Below, piece after piece: positions 56,551 through 64,000 of a stretch of 64,000 nt of DNA (its first letter is position 1; each line of letters starts with the position of its first letter). A program made the position numbers and the translations under genes. The notes beneath the pieces were generated by a model that searched no databases, was not told where the DNA came from, and saw only the letters and a list, made by a program, of their open reading frames with translations. Source of the stretch: a virus; the IMG/VR virus record IMGVR_UViG_3300050821_001592, positions 1-64,000 of that record. One strand, given 5' to 3'.

Positions 56551-58545
56551 CTAGCTAAAAACGTCGGATAGTGGGTCACAATAATCCGACCCTAACCCTG
56601 CGCCCGTAGTTGATTCTCCCCCGGTGTCAGGAAAACTCGCGGCAAGAGCGGCCATCTGAGATTGGTCAACAGCCTTCCCCTCATATACTTGTTTGTACGC
56701 CGCATTCATTCTGGGGTCGAAGTATGCGTCTTGGGCTGCGGATACTTTCGCCTCGTTCTCGGCGTATGCACAAAATTGATTAACGAGGATTGCAAGAACG
56801 TCCACGATGTCGTCGTGTAACGCGGCTGCGGTTCCGAACTTAGACAGCTCGTCATAAAGTTCATCGAGGCTCGGACAGGAGTTCAAAAACAACAACTTTC
56901 CCTCGCCGAGATATCGAAGTACGGGACCCGCTTTCTCGGACTTCGACTTGGTCTTTTTGCCTTGACCTAGAGAAACCCATTCAATAGGTACGCGGACTTT
57001 CAATTTGTCCATCTCGCGGTAGGCTTCGCGGCCCATCCACTTCACGCCGACAGACTCCTCAATGCACATCCTACGAGGCTTCCACTGTAGGGCGGTAGCC
57101 GCAATCAACGCGGGGAGTTCAAACTCGTTGTAGCGCCCCCGCTTCATATCGATGATATAGAATCGTCCCCCATATATCAGCGCCGTTATGATTACCGTGT
57201 AGTCAGCCCATGACTTAGTCGAATATGCTGTATCGACACAAGTGACAATCATCCCCGAGTTGGGCAACATCGCAGCCGGGACGGTACGACGCACCAAAAG
57301 CTCCCGAGGGAACTTGATGACGTGCATCTGAGTCGGGTCGTTGAGATACTTAATCGCGAACCACGGGTCCGTTTTTTTCTTGTGTTGCAGGAACTTGAAT
57401 GTCAGGGAGTGTTCGTTCTCTGGAACATTGAACCAGTAATCGTAATCACTCTCCGTCATCTCAGATTCGACTTTACCCGCCGACCGGGCTTCAGCATTCT
57501 GCCACCATGCCGCACGGATATAAATCTTCATCGGGAACTGTGAAACAGCCCCGCCCTCTTCAATCCATTTCTTTAGGTTCAGGATATCCTGACCGTAGGT
57601 GTCTTGCGAATCGTACCACGTCCCAATCTTGTCGTAAAAGCCGTACGGGTGCAACATCGCGGCGTTAATGCTAACCTGTTTGTTGATATTCAGAATACGG
57701 TCAGCAGTCTGGGAGTTCTCGTTGGTGACCACGTCATCCAATTTCATGATGCAGACGTGCCAACCCGCTAGATTCTGCTCAATCGATGCCGCGAATACGG
57801 TACATTCTTTTTCAACAGCGGAAACCGCTGGGGTTTGGTACTCGTACCCTTTACCGTCGTCCTTTTCAATGCAGTGTTCGGGAAATAGAACCTGAAACAT
57901 GCTTTCGGTTCCATCGAGCATGATGCGCGGGCTGAGGCTTTTCTTCTTTATGAACAGCCCTGCTGGACCCCCATCATTAAGAGTGAAGTGGCCTTTAATT
58001 TCTCCAACGAAATCTTTCGCGAGGTCTAACACACCCGTCAATACGAGGATAGTTACTTCGGGGAACGCGATAATCCATTGAACACAATCCGCCATATTCA
58101 TGGAGGATTTAAACCCGCCTCTGGGTACGAGAAGCAGCCGTTCTTTTTGCTCGATATAGCTGTCTTTCGACGCGAAGTCTTTGAAGGTCTTTTTAGTCGG
58201 GTCTTTTTTTACAAAAAACTCATTGCATATTTCTTCGTGGGTGTTATGTACAAGGCCGTCCGTCCAGACATACTCGTGGTCGGTCATATCCTTGTATTTT
58301 TCTAACAACTTGCAAAGTGCGAACAGGTTCGTCTGGGCCATAAAACGAAACCGATAGATGTCTATCTCGTTCGTAAGCCCCTTCAAGTGACAAACTGTTA
58401 TTACCTTCATCTGCTGGTCTGGGGTCAATCGCAGGAAGCTCGTCTTCGCCTGTTGGTCAAACACCTCATCGGACATATCACGGTGTTGATAGTTCTTGTC
58501 GTGTCGATGTTGGTCAAACCAAGAGGTTAGATTTTCCGCGTGCAT
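56551..58545 (-). CDS. terL: Terminase large subunit
   Basis: PRGGFKSS Walker A, KLDD Walker B, IGTWY, VDTA and HDDIVD nuclease motifs. Confidence 0.9.
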   Translation of the reverse strand: MHAENLTSWFDQHRHDKNYQHRDMSDEVFDQQAKTSFLRLTPDQQMKVITVCHLKGLTNEIDIYRFRFMAQTNLFALCKLLEKYKDMTDHEYVWTDGLVHNTHEEICNEFFVKKDPTKKTFKDFASKDSYIEQKERLLLVPRGGFKSSMNMADCVQWIIAFPEVTILVLTGVLDLAKDFVGEIKGHFTLNDGGPAGLFIKKKSLSPRIMLDGTESMFQVLFPEHCIEKDDGKGYEYQTPAVSAVEKECTVFAASIEQNLAGWHVCIMKLDDVVTNENSQTADRILNINKQVSINAAMLHPYGFYDKIGTWYDSQDTYGQDILNLKKWIEEGGAVSQFPMKIYIRAAWWQNAEARSAGKVESEMTESDYDYWFNVPENEHSLTFKFLQHKKKTDPWFAIKYLNDPTQMHVIKFPRELLVRRTVPAAMLPNSGMIVTCVDTAYSTKSWADYTVIITALIYGGRFYIIDMKRGRYNEFELPALIAATALQWKPRRMCIEESVGVKWMGREAYREMDKLKVRVPIEWVSLGQGKKTKSKSEKAGPVLRYLGEGKLLFLNSCPSLDELYDELSKFGTAAALHDDIVDVLAILVNQFCAYAENEAKVSAAQDAYFDPRMNAAYKQVYEGKAVDQSQMAALAASFPDTGGESTTGAGLGSDYCDPLSDVFS

Positions 58546-58554
58546 ACTCCCCCG

Positions 58555-59244
58555 TTATTTCTTTCCGTTTTTCCAACCGTGCATGGCCACCGCCATGACG
58601 CCCATTTTTCTTACGTGAGGATTATCGCTATTCGCGGCTTCTTGCTTTTTATCCAGCGGGATGGGTTGTCCTTCAGGAATCCCGAGATGCCTATGTAAAC
58701 CGCCTTGATTCAAGTGACTCATCGCCCTATGGAAATGCGATTTTTCTTCCGGTGTGTGCTCCACCATCCCTCCTTTGTCAAATAAAGGGGCCTTGGGTGT
58801 CGGTTTGATTTCTGGCGTCACGTCATTCGCGTCACGCATTGTTTTACCACCGATGGGTAGCTTCGTAGGGGCTTTCCCGTCTACGCCCATGACCTTCTCG
58901 TAACGTTTGTTCTGGTCTCCTGTCAAGACCCGTTCACCGTCTTTAACGATGGCGACTTGGTGCTTTCCATCGGCGACGTTGACCTTCCCGCCGTTGTCAT
59001 ATACGGGTGCCGCGCCGAGATTCTTGGTCATCTTCTTTAACTCGTGCGCGGGAATTCGCTTTTCCCCTTTGATGCGGGCTGGGCGGTCGGTCACTAAATC
59101 CTGCTTGTACACGGTATCATCCTTGGCGGGCGTACCTGTGATGGCGGCGGGGTGGGGGTTCAACTCCTCCATAGCATTTCTATGAGCGCGTACTGCTTCG
59201 CCTTCAGCTTCATCGCCGGGGTGGAACGGATTGCCTGCGGACAT
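58555..59244 (-). CDS. Probable virion protein with YDNGG and FDKGG motifs
   Basis: YDNGG...KDGERVL; GGLHRHLGIPEG. Confidence 0.65.
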   Translation of the reverse strand: MSAGNPFHPGDEAEGEAVRAHRNAMEELNPHPAAITGTPAKDDTVYKQDLVTDRPARIKGEKRIPAHELKKMTKNLGAAPVYDNGGKVNVADGKHQVAIVKDGERVLTGDQNKRYEKVMGVDGKAPTKLPIGGKTMRDANDVTPEIKPTPKAPLFDKGGMVEHTPEEKSHFHRAMSHLNQGGLHRHLGIPEGQPIPLDKKQEAANSDNPHVRKMGVMAVAMHGWKNGKK

Positions 59245-59287
59245 ATTCTCTCCTTGTCAATATAGTGTCATTATGACAACATGTTGA

Positions 59288-59599
59288 CTACATGCCTGCG
59301 GGCGTGATAGCGGCGGGCGGCTCAGGAGACGGAGACGCCGTCAACTGCGGCACTGCGGGAGTCGTCGGAGCTTCACCCGGAGCGGGTGTACCTGCGTGGT
59401 TCTCCAGATGGTCATGAACGCCCGCCATGCTGTCGTGCATGTGCGTCTCGTCGTGCTTCTCACTATCAAACGGGGCGTGATGTTTGTGCGTCATGACATG
59501 CTTACCATTGTGGGTCTTGGTATACGTAATGGACTTGATTTCTTTCTTCGGACCTTTCGCACCTTTGTCCTTGAGGACTGAGTAGATGTCGTGTGTCAT
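59288..59599 (-). CDS. His-rich hypothetical protein
   Basis: AGGAG RBS. Confidence 0.7.
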   Translation of the reverse strand: MTHDIYSVLKDKGAKGPKKEIKSITYTKTHNGKHVMTHKHHAPFDSEKHDETHMHDSMAGVHDHLENHAGTPAPGEAPTTPAVPQLTASPSPEPPAAITPAGM

Positions 59600-59600
59600 G

Positions 59601-60119
59601 TTATCTCCTATTGAAAAACGTCGGTAGCTCAGACCAACGCTCTCGTGCATGCGCCCTCATGCCCCGACCGGGGTCGTAGGCGGGGTACAACGTGCGAAAC
59701 TTATGTTCGGCTCTCAAAAACCCTTCGGGCATCTCTCCTATTGTTCTCAAAAACATGAGCATCATCGTCGGCCCGCGTGTGTGTCCCGCAATGCAGTGTG
59801 ACAAAAGCTTATCGCCCTCGTCATACCTCTGTTTCAAAAAAATCAAGCCCGCGTCTACAGCTTCGCGAGGTATCATAGTGGGGTCGTCCACATCTATGAG
59901 ATTCAACGCCATGCGTGTCTTGTTCGATTGAACAAAATAGTAATCTTTATCCTTCGGAGCGCCGAGAGTTGTATACCCGAGTACCGCTCGGTGACAATCG
60001 GAAGAGCCGTCTTTACATGCCGCGAGGATGGAATATCCGTGCTTTTCCGCGACGGGGACGGATTCTTTGTCACCCACCCATAATCTTGGTATCACTTCGA
60101 CTAAAATCGCTTTGTACAT
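59601..60119 (-). CDS. Dual-specificity (Cys-based) phosphatase
   Basis: PRLWVGD; HCIAGHTRG (HCx5R). Confidence 0.85.
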   Translation of the reverse strand: MYKAILVEVIPRLWVGDKESVPVAEKHGYSILAACKDGSSDCHRAVLGYTTLGAPKDKDYYFVQSNKTRMALNLIDVDDPTMIPREAVDAGLIFLKQRYDEGDKLLSHCIAGHTRGPTMMLMFLRTIGEMPEGFLRAEHKFRTLYPAYDPGRGMRAHARERWSELPTFFNRR

Positions 60120-60450
60120 TCACCCCTCCGATAGTCAATCCGAGGGCTGTGAACGCATCGCGGACGTGCTCACGGAAATGGTTGTTGTCAAGTTTTTTAG
60201 AAAAAAGACTTGACCGTCGTTTAACAAGTTCGTCCGAATCTTTCCCAAATACAGAACGTTCTTCACACGGGCGTTTCGGGAATGCCGCCGACCGAATCAC
60301 CGCCGTTGTGGCATACTTAACCTTACGGTCACGAGAGTCGGGACCGCGCAGAGCCGTAAGGACGTCCCACAGCTCGCCGCTGTATTCTTGACCATCCAGC
60401 ATGTCCTGAATCGCGTCGAGGGCCGAGCGTAATGTACGCGGAGTGGCCAT
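60070..60450 (-). CDS. Hypothetical protein
   Basis: TGATG coupling; LWDVLTALRGPD. Confidence 0.65.
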   Translation of the reverse strand: MATPRTLRSALDAIQDMLDGQEYSGELWDVLTALRGPDSRDRKVKYATTAVIRSAAFPKRPCEERSVFGKDSDELVKRRSSLFSKKLDNNHFREHVRDAFTALGLTIGGVNVQSDFSRSDTKIMGG

Positions 60451-60623
60451 CAGCAACAACTACAATCGCCGCCTTGCGGTACGAACTTGACAGAGTCACC
60501 GTTGATTTCCCAATGACCCGAACCGTCAATCTCGGGATTGACTTGATTCCGAAGCTCAATCTTTCGTCCCGAAAGTTCCGCTTTTACGGTCTTCGGCTCT
60601 TTCACATCTGATTCTTTTGGCAT
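60450..60623 (-). CDS. Hypothetical protein (57 aa, not in ORF track)
   Basis: AGGAG RBS; MPKESDV...DCSCC. Confidence 0.6.
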   Translation of the reverse strand: MPKESDVKEPKTVKAELSGRKIELRNQVNPEIDGSGHWEINGDSVKFVPQGGDCSCC

Positions 60624-60630
60624 AACACTC

Positions 60631-60921
60631 CTAATCGGTAAGTATGATGGCGCTCTTGGGCGCTTCGGTCCATCCCGAGGGTGAAGCGGGGGCTTGCTCG
60701 GCTTGTTTCTTTTGAGCCAGAGCTTTAATCTCTTCCACTACTTGTTTTCGAATCATCACGGAATAGTCGGCTACGAAACTCTTCAATACGACATTCGCAA
60801 AGTCAGTAGCAAAGCGTATAGTCACGCCGTCGATAATAGGCTTAACTCCGCTACCCATGTGCCATGCTTGTTTTTCGTACTGTCGAGTCTGCGCTTCTGT
60901 TATCGTTGGAATAACCATCAC
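60631..60921 (-). CDS. Hypothetical protein
   Basis: GGAGG RBS. Confidence 0.65.
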   Translation of the reverse strand: MMVIPTITEAQTRQYEKQAWHMGSGVKPIIDGVTIRFATDFANVVLKSFVADYSVMIRKQVVEEIKALAQKKQAEQAPASPSGWTEAPKSAIILTD

Positions 60922-61199
60922 CCCTCCCGTTTTAATTTCAGTTTATTCATTAGCTCGGCAACTTCGGGGTCATACTCGACTTCCTCCGGCGCTGTTAACG
61001 AACGCGGAGACCAACCTCGTATTCGGTCGAGTGCAAGAATTTCCTTGGGGAAAAACCCATCAAGCACCCCGATTCGGTCTGCGACTTTCAACAGAACGGA
61101 CGGCTTCAACGGGGTCTTACCCGATTGATGCTCCTGAATCATTTTTACGAATAACATTCGCAAACGCTTTACTGACCGTGGTGTGTTCTTCCCAGACAT
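60918..61199 (-). CDS. Hypothetical protein (possible terminase small subunit)
   Basis: GGAGG RBS; small helical protein upstream of terL. Confidence 0.5.
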   Translation of the reverse strand: MSGKNTPRSVKRLRMLFVKMIQEHQSGKTPLKPSVLLKVADRIGVLDGFFPKEILALDRIRGWSPRSLTAPEEVEYDPEVAELMNKLKLKREG

Positions 61200-61352
61200 C
61201 GCTAAACCCCCTCCGTGCTTGAATTTCGTTTGGTAGAGATGCGGATTCACAATAGTCCGCAAAATGGTAGGGGTCGAGCAAACAGTCGTAAATACGCTGC
61301 ACGACTAACTCCTGAATTATGCGGGACCTTTCGGCCCCGCCATCCAACAAAG

Positions 61353-61517
61353 CTACAGTTTTTTCACTTCGGCGGATACCGCGCTTGACACAGCCGAAGT
61401 TGCGGCAGTCTTAACAGCGGTCGCTTTCTTGGCGAAAGCGGATTTGATTTTCTTGGCGATGGACGGGCAGAACACCCCGAAAGCGACACCAGAAACAGCG
61501 ACTATAACACAAAACAT
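61353..61517 (-). CDS. Small membrane-anchored Lys/Ala-rich protein (54 aa, not in ORF track)
   Basis: AAGGA RBS; MFCVIVAVSGVAFGVFCPSIAKK... Confidence 0.6.
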   Translation of the reverse strand: MFCVIVAVSGVAFGVFCPSIAKKIKSAFAKKATAVKTAATSAVSSAVSAEVKKL

Positions 61518-61526
61518 AGGATATCC

Positions 61527-61868
61527 TTACTCGTGTTGCGGAGCTTGAGACAAACCGTCGACCGCGTGCGAACCTGCGGGCGGGGTCGGCACTACCCCAA
61601 CACCTGAGACACATACGAGCGCATTGCCTGTTGCGCCTGCGGTGCCGTCGGCTTTAATCTGTGAGGACCGCTGTACAACCCCACTAACGAGCTTCTCTTT
61701 GGGTTGACCCGGTTTTGTCTGAATCACGATGTTGCCGCTATCGTACGGGGTAATCGCCGTCGACAAATCAGTATTACTGTGGGTCGCCGTCAATTGATAC
61801 TGCTGCGTAATTCCCTTGGGCTGAACGCCCGCTACTCCGCTACCTGCTGGCTCTAGAACGGCACTCAT
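61527..61868 (-). CDS. Probable virion protein
   Basis: AAGGAG RBS; G/T/S-rich. Confidence 0.6.
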   Translation of the reverse strand: MSAVLEPAGSGVAGVQPKGITQQYQLTATHSNTDLSTAITPYDSGNIVIQTKPGQPKEKLVSGVVQRSSQIKADGTAGATGNALVCVSGVGVVPTPPAGSHAVDGLSQAPQHE

Positions 61869-61878
61869 GACAATCTCC

Positions 61879-62409
61879 TTATACTTTCGGAACGATGATT
61901 AGGTTGTTATCCCAACCCGAACAAAATACCCGTCGTTCAATCTTGTACGGCTGCTTGATATGCCGTGTTGCTGGCGCATCATCGCTGACATCCTCTATGA
62001 TATAAACCCCTCCGGGGGTCAACAGGGGATATAAGACTTGAAAACTGACGACTTGGTGAAGCGGAATATGCGAGCCGTCATCGATGATGACGTCAAAACG
62101 TCCGCCTGTTCGAGGACCTACTGTGCGTAGCGACTCGATTTTACTCTGGTCACACTGTAAACAGTGGATTCGTTCGTCTTCGAAAAATGATTCACGCTTG
62201 ATGTCAATTCCGTAAATCTCCGCGTGGGGGAAATAATCCCTCCACATTCGAAGACTCCCGCCGTGAGATATACCAATTTCTAACAGACGTTGAACTCTCC
62301 GGCCTTGAAAAAACGGATGGTAAAACTCCGTATAATCGTGGTGCGAATCCTTATTCACCCTAACTTTGTCCGTGTTGTACTTCAAAGCTATTTCGCACAG
62401 CGGGGTCAT
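61879..62409 (-). CDS. SAM-dependent sugar O-methyltransferase (MycE-like)
   Basis: LLEIG...GGSLRMWRDYF, GIDI, IIDDGSH, GGVYIIED. Confidence 0.85.
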   Translation of the reverse strand: MTPLCEIALKYNTDKVRVNKDSHHDYTEFYHPFFQGRRVQRLLEIGISHGGSLRMWRDYFPHAEIYGIDIKRESFFEDERIHCLQCDQSKIESLRTVGPRTGGRFDVIIDDGSHIPLHQVVSFQVLYPLLTPGGVYIIEDVSDDAPATRHIKQPYKIERRVFCSGWDNNLIIVPKV

Positions 62410-64000
62410 TTCGGCCCCCGAGGGTGTGTCGTAAACCAGTCAACAACTAAATCCTGTCTTAACGGCGGACGCATCGGGTTACCGTTATTCCCACGACGAT
62501 ACTTTGGGTCTACCCACGACTTATCTCGATATTTCGCGGGAGCCGCTGAGGGGGTATCTTGATTTCTCACGGCATACGCATCCCGCATCACCTGATTATT
62601 GTAGACGTTCGGGGTGTCACAGAGATGCGATGTGATGAAATCGTTGTCTCGATGCGGTCGGTCGGTCGGTCGTCCGTATCGGGGGTCATGCTTCAGAAGA
62701 ATTCCGAAAGGGGCAAGAGAGCGCCCGACCCATCTATCCTCAGCCCAATCGTTAACGGGCACCGTCAGGACTAATTCAGTCGCTTTCTTACTGAGCCAAT
62801 AACCCGCCCCGCCTGAAGCGTATTTCGCGCCGGAACCTCCGCATTGATGACCTGTATATTCCGTGTCTTCAAACCCACTATCCATTAACTTCGGAATGTC
62901 AATGAAGGTGTCAGGGAAACATTGGAATATGTAGTCATATCCGTGGTCCAGAGCCCAGCGATGGCTATGCCATGTCTTGTGACCTAAATAGAGATATCCA
63001 TCAGGGCAATCAAGTACAACCTCGTCTTCCTGTGGGGTGTATGTGAAGGGGTCTTGAATTTTCGTGGAAATAGCTTTGTGTTTGTGCCCGCGAGTCGCGT
63101 GGGTCACGGAGTCTTCCAACCGAGATTCGTCCTCAACACTAACCGGGGTTCCGTTTCCTATGAAGAACCTATGGTCTAGAATTTTATGGTCGACGTCCTG
63201 TGCATACGTCTCGCGAATGGCTTGGTTATCGCCGTTTGTAGCACCTGTGACCCAGCTCGAAACGGCAATCAACGCCTTGAACGGTTGCGCCTGCATCGCC
63301 TTTCTAAGAGCGTGCATACGAGACGGCGTATATCCAGCCTTGAATCCCGCGTGCGTGGTAATGATATTGTTATACGGGCTGATGTCGTTATCACTATATC
63401 GAACATCGTGTTTCAACACAATGCCCTTGGCTTGTGCGAGTGTCGGAAACCAACTATCGTCTGCACAACAATTAATCCGAGCTTCAATGACCCGAGACAT
63501 TGTCTTACGACTTACCCACCAACCAGAACCTCCCGCGACGTTTCGTCCGTTCGGTCCACCGATGAAGTCATATTTCTCGAACCCACTACGCATCAGACGA
63601 GCGATGTCAACATACGTGTCAACGTCGCATTTGAATACGAAGTCATACCCTTGTGTGTAAGCCCATCGAAATATTTCTCGAACCTTAACGGCGAGATGGA
63701 CGTAGTCGTCAGGAACCGGGAGGATAACCTCGTCTACTTGTGGGTCTACCGGAAGTTCCGCCGCAGTCTCTTTCGCCCGTTCAATCCCCTTAGCTTCGTA
63801 GTCAATACCCCGATTGCTATCGGATGTACCCCGCTGGGACTCCCAGATGGCGGCTTCGTCGTCATCTGTCGGGGTGTCATCCCCGATAAAAAATTTGTAA
63901 TCAACTGTTGGGTGTTGTCGAATATCAGTCAACCATGTATCACGAACCCCTTGGTTGAACCCGTTGCGGGCGTCCCGGCGGCAGGATGCGATTGCTATCA
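62406..64000 (-). CDS. Tandem two-domain GT31-like glycosyltransferase, 5' truncated
   Basis: Frame open to the window end (VRDTW); KCDVDTYV, GGSGWWVS, ADD; second domain AIRETY, FPDTF, SGGAGYWLS, AEDRWVG. Confidence 0.8.
   Translation of the reverse strand, partial: IAIASCRRDARNGFNQGVRDTWLTDIRQHPTVDYKFFIGDDTPTDDDEAAIWESQRGTSDSNRGIDYEAKGIERAKETAAELPVDPQVDEVILPVPDDYVHLAVKVREIFRWAYTQGYDFVFKCDVDTYVDIARLMRSGFEKYDFIGGPNGRNVAGGSGWWVSRKTMSRVIEARINCCADDSWFPTLAQAKGIVLKHDVRYSDNDISPYNNIITTHAGFKAGYTPSRMHALRKAMQAQPFKALIAVSSWVTGATNGDNQAIRETYAQDVDHKILDHRFFIGNGTPVSVEDESRLEDSVTHATRGHKHKAISTKIQDPFTYTPQEDEVVLDCPDGYLYLGHKTWHSHRWALDHGYDYIFQCFPDTFIDIPKLMDSGFEDTEYTGHQCGGSGAKYASGGAGYWLSKKATELVLTVPVNDWAEDRWVGRSLAPFGILLKHDPRYGRPTDRPHRDNDFITSHLCDTPNVYNNQVMRDAYAVRNQDTPSAAPAKYRDKSWVDPKYRRGNNGNPMRPPLRQDLVVDWFTTHPRGPK

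Noticed and set aside
1-64000. Integrase, repressor, DNA polymerase, tape measure or tail tube
   Set aside because: None recognised in this window, so lifestyle and replication mode cannot be determined here

Overview
This is a 64 kb piece of a dsDNA tailed phage genome, probably podovirus-like: it has ejection proteins, adaptors and a nozzle but no tail tube or tape measure. It has two convergent arms meeting at an intrinsic terminator near 18.5 kb. The + arm (1-18452) carries early/middle genes: PD-(D/E)xK nucleases, a metallophosphoesterase next to a T4 Rnl1-type RNA ligase, GroES, a single-domain Clp AAA+ ATPase, an SF2 helicase, a MazG-like protein, endonuclease VII, RecA, a GH108 endolysin and a minimal protein kinase. 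The - arm (18510-64000), in transcription order, carries a tandem GT31-like glycosyltransferase and a sugar O-methyltransferase, a dual-specificity phosphatase, terminase, portal, scaffold, major capsid, two adaptor paralogues, nozzle, three ejection proteins, holin-like genes, an A1-like/NDT/DUF5664 nucleotide operon, a spanin-like gene and tail fibres. The best novelty candidate is a moron at 45419-46175 whose peptide gene the ORF track misses. It has a perfect sigma70 promoter, a 57-aa secreted 4-Cys peptide, a pseudoknotted RNA spacer and a DUF5317-like membrane protein with a signal-peptidase-II-like Asp pair, so it may be a phage-borne peptide signalling module. Other highlights are a non-canonical tRNA-like cloverleaf (47511-47583), a chimeric tRNA-Asn fused to an HNH gene, several structured intergenic RNAs and an injected polyvalent protein with GNAT and glycosylase-like domains. 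All family calls are from motif recognition by eye; no database searches or folding programs were run.
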